Source of the DNA: an uncultured Chloroflexia bacterium
GTDB lineage: Bacteria; Chloroflexota; Dehalococcoidia; Dehalococcoidales; RBG-16-60-22
NCBI GenBank assembly: GCA_963727315.1
Contig: CAVSFE010000002.1
Location: 407,723 to 471,722, forward strand
Length of the DNA: 64,000 nucleotides
Direction of reading: 5' to 3'
Shown here: positions 9,104-16,615 of the stretch, piece after piece
Layout: each line of letters starts with the position of its first letter
Position numbering within the stretch: position 1 is the stretch's first letter
Notes under the pieces: model-generated
The model's input: the letters and a program-made list of their open reading frames with translations, nothing else
The model's database searches: none
Told to the model about the DNA's origin: nothing
Translations under genes and position numbers: made by a program

Positions 9104-9973
9104 TTACTCCTGCGGGGCGGATAAAAAAGTGGCAGCTTGAGATAAAATCGGCTGGCCGCCGGCGACGTAAATGACCTGCCCGGTAACATAGTCGGACATA
9201 CTCGAGGCTAAAAATAAAGCCGGCCCGGCGATATCATCCGGTTTTCCCATCCGCCCCAGCGGCACCTCTTTCTTGCAAAGCGCCGCGAAAAAGGCGTCCC
9301 GCTCCGGTCCCGGCGGCTGCAACGAATCCCAGAACGGCGTCTCGATAGGGCCCGGCACGATGGCATTCACGTAGATATTAAACGGCGCCAATTCGAAAGC
9401 CAGGTTCGTGGTCAGGCCTAGGACGCCGGCCTTGGCGGAATGATAGTGAAGCACGGAAACGGCCGGATGCACGGCGCCCATCGAAGAAAGGTTAATGATT
9501 TTCCCGTACCGTTGTTTTTTCATATGGGGAATAGCGGCAATACAACAGAGGAACGGGCCCTTCAAATTTACATCCAGTATTCGGTCCCAGTCCGCCTCGG
9601 TGGCGGTGGCGCTATCGCCGCCCTTGACGCCGACGCCCCCGGCGTTATTCACCAGGATATCGATTTTCCCGAACTTCTTGATGGTCCGGGACACCATGGC
9701 GTTGACCTCGGCTCTCTTAGAGATATCGGCTTTAATCGCCAGGGACTTACGACCCAGAGCTTTAATTTCGTCGGCTACCTTTTCAGCGCCCTCGATATGC
9801 AGGGCATTCACGACAACGTCGCAGCCTTCCGCGGCGAACTTCAAAGCGATAGCACGCCCCATGCCCTTGGCGCCCCCGGTAACGATAGCCACCCTGTTTT
9901 CCAGCAACACTTCCGGCCTCCTTGAGTCGATCCTTAATTTATGATGATTAACAGTTATGCCCTCAATTGACAT
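9104..9973 (-). CDS. SDR family oxidoreductase
   Basis: TGGAKGMGRA (TGxxxGxG), NNAG and YHSAK (YxxxK) are present. Confidence 0.85.
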   Translation of the reverse strand: MSIEGITVNHHKLRIDSRRPEVLLENRVAIVTGGAKGMGRAIALKFAAEGCDVVVNALHIEGAEKVADEIKALGRKSLAIKADISKRAEVNAMVSRTIKKFGKIDILVNNAGGVGVKGGDSATATEADWDRILDVNLKGPFLCCIAAIPHMKKQRYGKIINLSSMGAVHPAVSVLHYHSAKAGVLGLTTNLAFELAPFNIYVNAIVPGPIETPFWDSLQPPGPERDAFFAALCKKEVPLGRMGKPDDIAGPALFLASSMSDYVTGQVIYVAGGQPILSQAATFLSAPQE

Positions 9974-10081
9974 GCCAACGTACTATACTAGCACTATTTC
10001 GGATAAAAAATAAATAGTATAATAGTTATATTATCTAAGTATGATACCATATATTAAGGCTGAAATGGAGAGGAGCAGCAA

Positions 10082-10864
10082 ATGGCGAAAAAATTTGAAG
10101 GCAGGGTAGCGCTGGTCACAGGCGGGGCCTCGGGGATAGGTAAAGTAACGGCCCAGTTTTTCGGGCGGGAAGGGGCCAAAGTAATCGTCGCCACCGACGC
10201 CAACATCAAAGGCGGCGAGGAGACGGTGGGCCTCATAAAGAAAGCCGGCGGGGAAGCCGCTTTTGTAAAATGCGATGTCAGAAAAGCGGAAGATGTCGAA
10301 GTGATGGTAGACACCTGTATTAAAAAGTACGGGCGGCTGGACTATGCCTTCAACAACGCCGGTATCGGGCCCGACGGCCGGCGCGTGCCCGTCGTCAATA
10401 TCGTCGACTGCCCGGAAGAAATCTGGGACCGCACCGTAGACACCAATCTCAAAGGCGTTTTCCTCTGCATGAAATACGAAATGAAGCAGATGCTCATGCA
10501 AAAATACGGCGTCATCGTCAACACGGCATCGGTGGCCGGGCTGAAAGCGCTCACGGGCTTCTGCGCCTACGTCGCCAGTAAAAGCGGCATTATCGCGCTG
10601 ACCAGAGTGGCGGCCCTCGAAGGCGCCGAGGCCGGCATCCGAGTGAACACGATACTACCGGGTCCCACAGAAAGGACGCTTCTGTTCGAATACCTGACAG
10701 AGGCAGAGCCTGGCGAAAAGGAGCGCATGATGGACATGATTCCCATGAAGCGGGTGGCCACGCCGGAAGATATGGCTGAAGCGGTCATGTGGCTGTGCTC
10801 GGATGCGGCATCGTTTATCACCGGGCACGCGATGCCCATCGACGGGGGCATGACCTCGCGATGA
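10082..10864 (+). CDS. SDR family oxidoreductase
   Basis: TGGASGIGK, NNAG and YVASK are present. It is divergent from the previous SDR across an AT-rich 108-bp spacer. Confidence 0.85.
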   Translation: MAKKFEGRVALVTGGASGIGKVTAQFFGREGAKVIVATDANIKGGEETVGLIKKAGGEAAFVKCDVRKAEDVEVMVDTCIKKYGRLDYAFNNAGIGPDGRRVPVVNIVDCPEEIWDRTVDTNLKGVFLCMKYEMKQMLMQKYGVIVNTASVAGLKALTGFCAYVASKSGIIALTRVAALEGAEAGIRVNTILPGPTERTLLFEYLTEAEPGEKERMMDMIPMKRVATPEDMAEAVMWLCSDAASFITGHAMPIDGGMTSR

Positions 10865-10887
10865 AATCGAGATAAAGGCTGATAGTA

Positions 10888-11403
10888 ATGGCAGCGAAGA
10901 AAAAAACCACCATAAAATTATTACAAAAACCTTCGCCGGGGGAAATCAAAGCCGCCCTCAATAAAATCAAAGAGACGGACTTCTGGCTGTGCGTGCAGTT
11001 TGCCGACACGCTCATCAGATACCTGGAAATCACCATGAAACAGGACAGCATCGTCAGCCGTCTGCAGGGCTCGGCCCTCTACTTTTTGCTCCTCAACGGC
11101 GGCGAGTCGACGCCCACACAGCTCGCCAACACGATGCTGCGCTCCAAGCACAGCGTCACCAAGATCATCGACGGCCTAGAGAAAGAGGGGCTGGTCGTCA
11201 GGGACTTCACGAACAAGGACCGGAGGAAAACGTCCGTCAGGCTGACGTCGGCCGGGCTGGAGCACCTCAGACAGAGGTTCGCGCGGGGCAACCAGCGCGC
11301 CAGGAAGGTCATGGACAGCCTCGACGATAAAGAGCAAAAGAGGCTCGTCGAACTCACGGAAAGAATGCGCCAAAAGATGACCGCGATACTGCAACACCTT
11401 TAG
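10888..11403 (+). CDS. MarR family transcriptional regulator
   Basis: ...PTQLANTMLRSKHSVTKIIDGLEKEGLVVRDFTNKDRRKTSVRLTSAGLE... is the MarR winged-helix pattern. Confidence 0.8.
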   Translation: MAAKKKTTIKLLQKPSPGEIKAALNKIKETDFWLCVQFADTLIRYLEITMKQDSIVSRLQGSALYFLLLNGGESTPTQLANTMLRSKHSVTKIIDGLEKEGLVVRDFTNKDRRKTSVRLTSAGLEHLRQRFARGNQRARKVMDSLDDKEQKRLVELTERMRQKMTAILQHL

Positions 11404-11447
11404 CTTGACGGCCAACGCGAAAAAGGCGATAATGAGGAACGGCGCAC

Positions 11448-11524
11448 GGCGCATTCGTCTAGCGGCCTAGGACGCGTCCCTCTCAAGGACGAGATCACGG
11501 GTTCGAATCCCGTATGCGCTACCA
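11448..11524 (+). tRNA. tRNA-Glu (anticodon CUC), CCA encoded
   Basis: Manual cloverleaf: acceptor GGCGCAT/ATGCGCT, D arm GTCT..AGGAC, anticodon stem CGTCC/GGACG with loop CT-CTC-AA, T arm ACGGG-TTCGAAT-CCCGT, discriminator A plus CCA. Confidence 0.9.
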
Positions 11525-11526
11525 AT
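11508..11526 (+). repeat. direct repeat copy 1 (attL-like core) TCCCGTATGCGCTACCAAT
   Basis: It covers the last 17 nt of tRNA-Glu plus 2 nt and is identical to 33985-34003. Confidence 0.85.
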
Positions 11527-11534
11527 GTAAAAAT

Positions 11535-11581
11535 AACCCCCTGTTTTGTAGCTGTTTCAGCCGGACAGGGGGTTTCTTTTT
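11535..11581 (+). terminator. rho-independent terminator after tRNA-Glu
   Basis: AACCCCCTGT - 20-nt loop - ACAGGGGGTT, followed by TCTTTTT. Confidence 0.6.
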
Positions 11582-11586
11582 AGTGT

Positions 11587-11607
11587 TTTGCTAACCATTT
11601 GCTAACC
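11587..11607 (+). repeat. two tandem TTTGCTAACC motifs with 11-nt period, at the island left arm
   Basis: TTTGCTAACC-A-TTTGCTAACC. A near-identical pair lies at 33846-33865 in the same orientation. Confidence 0.6.
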
Positions 11608-12383
11608 AACATATTCGATTGTTTGACTTAATTGCTTGATTAACGTTATTGCCTTTTGTAAATCAACGGTAGTAGACTTAAAGCCTGATTCCTGCCATTC
11701 GTTAGATGTAAAATTCTTTAAATCAGATAGTTTATCGCTAGGTACACCCGCATATTCAGGAGTAACTGTGTAGAAAAAAGACTAATAGATAATGTTTCCT
11801 CTAAATCAAGCAGGATTGATATTTAGTCAGGGCTTAATCTTGGATGAAAGGCATCAAAAAAAACTAAAATACCATTATGAGCATTGGTAATCTGCGTAGC
11901 GAGGGACTTCCATCCTTTAGTGTCTAGGTTTCGCACACGCTGGGGAATCATCGGAGAGATAACATTTTCAGATACGATAATCATCTCTTTATGAACATCA
12001 TTTAAATTCGCAGAATTGGATATACGTTCTTGGAGAACATTAAAACTTATACCCAGTCCATTCCGAATACTGGTTATTATAGAATTCAGTAATATCTCCA
12101 GACGATTTGAAATTCTATAATCAGTTGATTTCCATTTTTGCTCCTCATGCCACTTAAGAATCCAAGCGACATAGGAGACCGTAACAACTATACCTAATAT
12201 TTCGGTTGAAAGGTTTTACTTCTATCTTAATTCCGATAATACGAGTGAAATTTTAGGATGACTTAGAGAATAACCCAAACTGGAAATACTAGTTGTGGAA
12301 ATAAAGTGTTGGCATATAAACATCCAGAACCTGATAGAACGGTATGAACTTGAGAACTTCAATCCAGATGTTCAAATATATAA

Positions 12384-14024
12384 TTACTTTTTATGTTGAA
12401 TGCTGGAAAGAGCATCATTCAGACTGACATTAAGTTCGAGCCAGTTGTTGGGGTCGATTTCATTGCTCAGGACCATCTGGTCGTGCACTTTTACGATGCC
12501 GACGTTTACCCACATTTCTTTAACGTAGTTCTGGAATTCCGTCCACATTTGTTTCGCTTTATTGAGGTCAAGTTCCTGGGTCAGGGCTTGATAGAGCTCG
12601 TCGGCTTTAGGGTCGTTCGCGGTGCCGTGCCAACCTGCGGAAGTATATATGTTGCCCGATTGGTAGATGGCGTTAGGCGCCGCAGTATATGCGAACGGTA
12701 AGATATCACCGATGGCTTTCTCTCTTTCATCGGTAAAAATTCCCGCAAATAACAAACGCGACCACACTGCGGATTCGAGAGTAACAATATTGGTCTGGAT
12801 ACCGATATCTGTCCAGTATTTTTGCAGTATTAGCGCGACATCAGGTATCCAGCCGCCCGACGTGATAGGTGTCCAGACGCCGCTGGACGTGATATAAATA
12901 TTAATTACCGGGTCGGCGAATTTATCTGGATACCCGGCTTCTGCCAGTAATGCCCTGGCTCGGGCAGGGTCGTAAGGGTCGGGGGTCCAGGACGGGTCCC
13001 ATCCCCAGCTATTTTCATCCATGAAAAAGCGGCCGCCTGGTTCGGCGAAACCTTTGAAATAGGTGTCGCAAAGCTCCTGCCGATTGATAGCGTAGGATAG
13101 TGCCTGGCGAACCCTTTTATCGGATGTAGGCCCTGTTGTTAACCAGGTGTACTGAAAACTTATGGTTAGTACGTTAGAGACAGGCGATGACTTTGATGCA
13201 TAACCTTCGGAGCTTAGCTTAGCAACCGTGTCAAAAGATAAACCTGTGACGATATCGAGATCACCTCGCCGGAGCATGGCAAAGCGGGTCGCCTCCGAGG
13301 GTATTTCATAGAATACTAATCTCTCGAAAGCGGGTGTGCGTTTCCAGTGGTGCTTCACCGCTTCGAATTCACACACATAATCCGGCGTCAAACTGATGAA
13401 TTTCCACGGTCCCGTCCCAATCGGATGAGCGCGGAAATATTCTATGCCATTTTTTTCGATGTAGTCTTTGGGCAGAATCCTTAAAAATGCGAAAAGTGTA
13501 ATGAGTTGGGGTTCGGGTGTGTTGGTGCCATATACATAGGTATAGGCGTCCGGGGTTTCATCAGAAGCAAAATTCATGCGTAAATAGTATGACCAGGGAT
13601 TGGTCGAATTTTCCGATTTAAACCGATCTAGAGAAAACTTAACATCGGCGGAAGTAAGCGGGTCACCGTTATGGAATGTGATACCCGGGTGGATTTTAAA
13701 TATCCATGTCTTGCCATCCGGGCTTAAGGAGTAATTATCAGCCAGTTCGCCAATAGCATTTCCCTGGGAGTCAAAGGTTAAGAGAGAGTCACACATGGCA
13801 TAGCCGAAGATAGACTCCATCTGGGTGGGGTCCATTGACTCAAAAACAAAATCGGCCATACCGATACGCAGTGTGCCGTACTGGGCTGCTTTAGTCGGTG
13901 CTGCCGAGGGATTATTAGAGGCAACGGGACTGGAAGCCGGTCCATTGCAACTGATAAACCATACTATTATGACTAGAAGCGAAAGGATTCCGGATATATT
14001 TTTTATCTGTTTCGTCATTTGCAT
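12384..14024 (-). CDS. ABC transporter substrate-binding lipoprotein, family 5 (peptide/nickel, DppA/OppA-like), orphan
   Basis: Signal peptide with a lipobox-like ...VWFISCNG. GTLRIGMADF...LLTFDSQGNAIGELADNYSLSPDGKTWIFKIHPGITFHNGDPLTSADVKFS is the SBP_bac_5 pattern. No permease or ATPase gene is adjacent. Confidence 0.8.
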   Translation of the reverse strand: MQMTKQIKNISGILSLLVIIVWFISCNGPASSPVASNNPSAAPTKAAQYGTLRIGMADFVFESMDPTQMESIFGYAMCDSLLTFDSQGNAIGELADNYSLSPDGKTWIFKIHPGITFHNGDPLTSADVKFSLDRFKSENSTNPWSYYLRMNFASDETPDAYTYVYGTNTPEPQLITLFAFLRILPKDYIEKNGIEYFRAHPIGTGPWKFISLTPDYVCEFEAVKHHWKRTPAFERLVFYEIPSEATRFAMLRRGDLDIVTGLSFDTVAKLSSEGYASKSSPVSNVLTISFQYTWLTTGPTSDKRVRQALSYAINRQELCDTYFKGFAEPGGRFFMDENSWGWDPSWTPDPYDPARARALLAEAGYPDKFADPVINIYITSSGVWTPITSGGWIPDVALILQKYWTDIGIQTNIVTLESAVWSRLLFAGIFTDEREKAIGDILPFAYTAAPNAIYQSGNIYTSAGWHGTANDPKADELYQALTQELDLNKAKQMWTEFQNYVKEMWVNVGIVKVHDQMVLSNEIDPNNWLELNVSLNDALSSIQHKK

Positions 14025-14192
14025 CTTCTTCGGGTTTAAACGGAGATGATTGACTGATTCTGGCTTATTTTATTCTCTTACCTTCCTCTATTCAAGCGTC
14101 TCTGGTAAAGAAAATAAAAAAGCGGGGAGCCCCGTATGGGACTCCCCGCGGTATGCTACGCCGTCTATGAGTAATAGCCTCGGGTTGCCTTT

Positions 14193-15053
14193 TTAATCAA
14201 GCCACCATATCGTGTATGAATAATTACTTGATTGATTTATTGATTCTTTCGTCAAAATATAGTCATCATTTAAGGTACCACGCAAATTAGCCAGTTCCCC
14301 GGTGCCGCTGATGATAGTGCCCCGGATTGATTCCCAGCCGGTCATGTAATCCGGCGCGTCCAGCTTACCCCACATGACTTTATAAAGAGTGAGGGTGCCT
14401 GATTTGCCGTCCACCGTTCCCGTGAAGGTATCATCCGCGATTCTCATCCAACATTCCCCTGTACCGAGGTTCATCTCGAATTTGTTGACACCTTCCACCT
14501 TGCACTCAAATGTCCCGTTTAACTCGTAGATGTCCGTCTCTATATGCGTGTAAAACATTTCGGAGAAATCAATATTTCTATCGGCCATGTTAAAACCGAT
14601 CGGTATCAAAGTACCCGATGCGCTTGTATTAGTCGTGGTGGGGGATTTTATAGCGACGAAGAGCGAGTAGGTCCAGTCGAATACTTCGTGAGCTTTTCCG
14701 CTTGTCTTGAAGAGAATCACAGAGGAGCCTTTCGCCAGTCCTTTGAAGGTCCATGTCTGCTTTGGAGTACCGCCTGGCGCAGATTCGCTTCTATAGTCGA
14801 CTTTCTCTATCAACGAGGGATTGATGATTTCGGGTGGCTCCTCCCAGGCGCGATTAGAAGCTTCATCCGAGTTGAGACTTACGGTAAAAGAGTCCCCGGG
14901 AGCTATTTGTACCTCACCAGCTTGGTGCGCCTGCTGGAGCCATGTGTCCGGGGCTGGTACCGGCACCGTTTTTGTAGTCGGTGCCGGTTTACCGCAGCCA
15001 GCCATAAGAACGCAGATTACTATGACGGTCATTATATTAAATATCTTTTTCAT
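14193..15053 (-). CDS. lipoprotein with a chagasin(I42)-like N-domain and a DUF3224-like C-domain
   Basis: Lipobox VLMAGCGK. IAPGDSFTVSLNSDEASNRAWEE...TWTFKGLAKGSSVILFK resembles the chagasin-family pattern. The C-terminal ...TFTGTVDGKSGTLTL...ISGTGELANLRGT resembles DUF3224. It is a paralog of the next gene. Confidence 0.5.
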   Translation of the reverse strand: MKKIFNIMTVIVICVLMAGCGKPAPTTKTVPVPAPDTWLQQAHQAGEVQIAPGDSFTVSLNSDEASNRAWEEPPEIINPSLIEKVDYRSESAPGGTPKQTWTFKGLAKGSSVILFKTSGKAHEVFDWTYSLFVAIKSPTTTNTSASGTLIPIGFNMADRNIDFSEMFYTHIETDIYELNGTFECKVEGVNKFEMNLGTGECWMRIADDTFTGTVDGKSGTLTLYKVMWGKLDAPDYMTGWESIRGTIISGTGELANLRGTLNDDYILTKESINQSSNYSYTIWWLD

Positions 15054-15103
15054 TTTTCCCTCCGTACCAGCCAGCTTTTTCAGGGCCTTAACACTTCCGG
15101 TCT

Positions 15104-16147
15104 TTATTTTATGAACCAGAATATGACTGTCGTAGGTGAAACGAGCTCATACGTGGGTGGGTCGGTGGCCGGCTCGACTGGGGTAGCGTGAACCTCAAAT
15201 TGCGTGGTGCCGCGCAGGTTAGCCAGTTCCCCCGTACCGCTAACAATTGTCCCGGCGTCCTCAATCCAGCTTGTTTTACTTGCTTTAAAGTTGTTTCTGG
15301 CGTCAAGTAATCCCCAGGCGAAAGCAATGCGGGTATAGCTGCCGGCTTTATCGTTCACCGTTCCGGTGAAGGTTTCCTGCGCCCTTTCCCAAAATTCACC
15401 GGTCACGAGGTTAGCTTCAAGCTTGATTACTTTGTCACTCTTTCCTTCCAGCGCCCCGTGCACGTCACTGGTAGTATGTACCATTTCGGTATAGACGTAC
15501 TCCGTCATATCCGTATTATTTTCGGTTACTTGATAACTTGTCTGTGTAAAGGTGGGCTCTAACGAAAAAGTAGTGACCGGCGAAGATGTTACCCCCACGG
15601 ATAGTGCGTATGTAAATCCCCGCATTTCATAGTTCTTGTCGGTCTTGAAATAAATAAGGCAGCCGCCTTCGCTCAGAGCCTTGAAATTCCAGGTCTGCCA
15701 TTCAGGTCTATTCGCCGAAGAGTTTTTAAAGCTAGCCAGCTCCACCACGCCCTGGTTGATAATTTCCGGTGCTTCGACCCAAAACTGGTCATTGGCTCTT
15801 TCAGTAGACAGATACACACTGAAGGTATCGCCCGGCGCCAGCCAAATTTCACCTCTTTGATGCCCGTCCTTCAGAAAAACATCCTGGGTTATCACCAGAG
15901 AATTCGGACCGGCCGTTGGCGTCGGGACTCCTGTCGAAGTGGGAGTAGAGGTGGGTGTTAGAGATGTGGTTTGAGTCGGGGTAAGCGTTGGAGTCGCAGA
16001 AGGAGTCGGAGTGGGCGTAGGAGATGCGCTTGACGTCGGCGTAGTAAGTGTAGGAGTTAATGTGGCGGTTGGCGTCGGTTTAGAGCAGCCAGCCATGAAA
16101 GTACAGATCATCAGGACTATTATTAATATGACGTATAGCTTTTTCAT
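15104..16147 (-). CDS. paralogous lipoprotein with a Thr/Pro-rich linker, a chagasin-like domain and a DUF3224-like domain
   Basis: Lipobox TFMAGCSK. A ~60-aa TP-rich linker (PTPTATLTPTLTTPTSSASPTPTPTPSATPTLTPTQTT...) follows. Then LAPGDTFSVYLSTERANDQFWVE...TWNFKALSEGGCLIYFK and ...VSGTGELANLRGT. Confidence 0.5.
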   Translation of the reverse strand: MKKLYVILIIVLMICTFMAGCSKPTPTATLTPTLTTPTSSASPTPTPTPSATPTLTPTQTTSLTPTSTPTSTGVPTPTAGPNSLVITQDVFLKDGHQRGEIWLAPGDTFSVYLSTERANDQFWVEAPEIINQGVVELASFKNSSANRPEWQTWNFKALSEGGCLIYFKTDKNYEMRGFTYALSVGVTSSPVTTFSLEPTFTQTSYQVTENNTDMTEYVYTEMVHTTSDVHGALEGKSDKVIKLEANLVTGEFWERAQETFTGTVNDKAGSYTRIAFAWGLLDARNNFKASKTSWIEDAGTIVSGTGELANLRGTTQFEVHATPVEPATDPPTYELVSPTTVIFWFIK

Positions 16148-16204
16148 TTTTCTCCTCTTAATTTTTTAAAGATTATCTTTGTCTTCAAATTCAACTTCTT
16201 GCCT

Positions 16205-16474
16205 TCATAGTGACACCTCCCTACTTCTTTTGGCATTGTTTTGCTCAGCTGAAACGTAAATCAAAGGGAGCCCCAGTTTCGAGAGTTGTGACAGCACCCC
16301 GTAAAGAGCGGCCTGGTCCCGAAGTAGACCACTCAAGATCGTGCAACCGTCCGCGGTATGGGTGATTTTAAGGCCTCCTAACCAGTCCGACCAGTTCCGG
16401 TCGATTTGCCCCTTGACACGGATTTCAACTTTTAGCATGCCTATACTCTGTTTCAATGTTACAAGCGATTTCAC
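16205..16474 (-). CDS. small conserved hypothetical protein, paralog of 21834..22121
   Basis: MLKVEIRVKGQIDRNWSDWLGGLKITHTADGCTILSGLLRDQAALYGVLSQLSKLGLPLIYV aligns with the paralog from M13. The likely true start is therefore 16438. Confidence 0.6.
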   Translation of the reverse strand: MKSLVTLKQSIGMLKVEIRVKGQIDRNWSDWLGGLKITHTADGCTILSGLLRDQAALYGVLSQLSKLGLPLIYVSAEQNNAKRSREVSL

Positions 16475-16479
16475 CCGGT

Positions 16480-16503
16480 GTAATCAATCTGGAGATTGAT
16501 TAC
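16480..16503. promoter_or_regulatory. 24-bp near-perfect palindrome, candidate operator
   Basis: GTAATCAATCT-GG-AGATTGATTAC has 11-bp perfect arms. It sits 42-65 nt upstream of the probable start (16438) of the small gene and downstream of the LuxR-type regulator. Confidence 0.5.
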
Positions 16504-16615
16504 AGGATTGATTTTAGTCACGCCAGAGTAAAGCTGAGGGTTGTAAGTTGAAAATCACAGAACAGGCCTGAGTTATTAAAAAGAAAGATGAATTACTGTG
16601 GGGATAAGCGGGCAG

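Noticed and set aside
9974-10081. An imperfect inverted repeat (ACTATACTA ... TAGTATAAT) in the divergent SDR-SDR promoter region, possibly a MarR operator.
   Set aside because: Only 7/9 positions match, in very AT-rich DNA where such matches are common. Not supportable without comparative data.
11610-11790. A minus-strand frame ending ...FFYTVTPEYAGVPSDKL...IEYVG next to the tRNA, which superficially recalls the Y-T-H-V-(T/S)-P-E C-terminus of tyrosine integrases.
   Set aside because: The frame has only 57 open codons. No upstream LGH or HxLRH is present in any frame, and the neighbouring 130-codon frame is not integrase-like. It is probably coincidence.
15900-16090. Repetitive ACNCCN-type DNA in 15104..16147 that could be a tandem repeat or array.
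   Set aside because: It is in frame and encodes a Thr/Pro/Ser-rich linker of a lipoprotein. It has no spacer-repeat periodicity and is not CRISPR-like.
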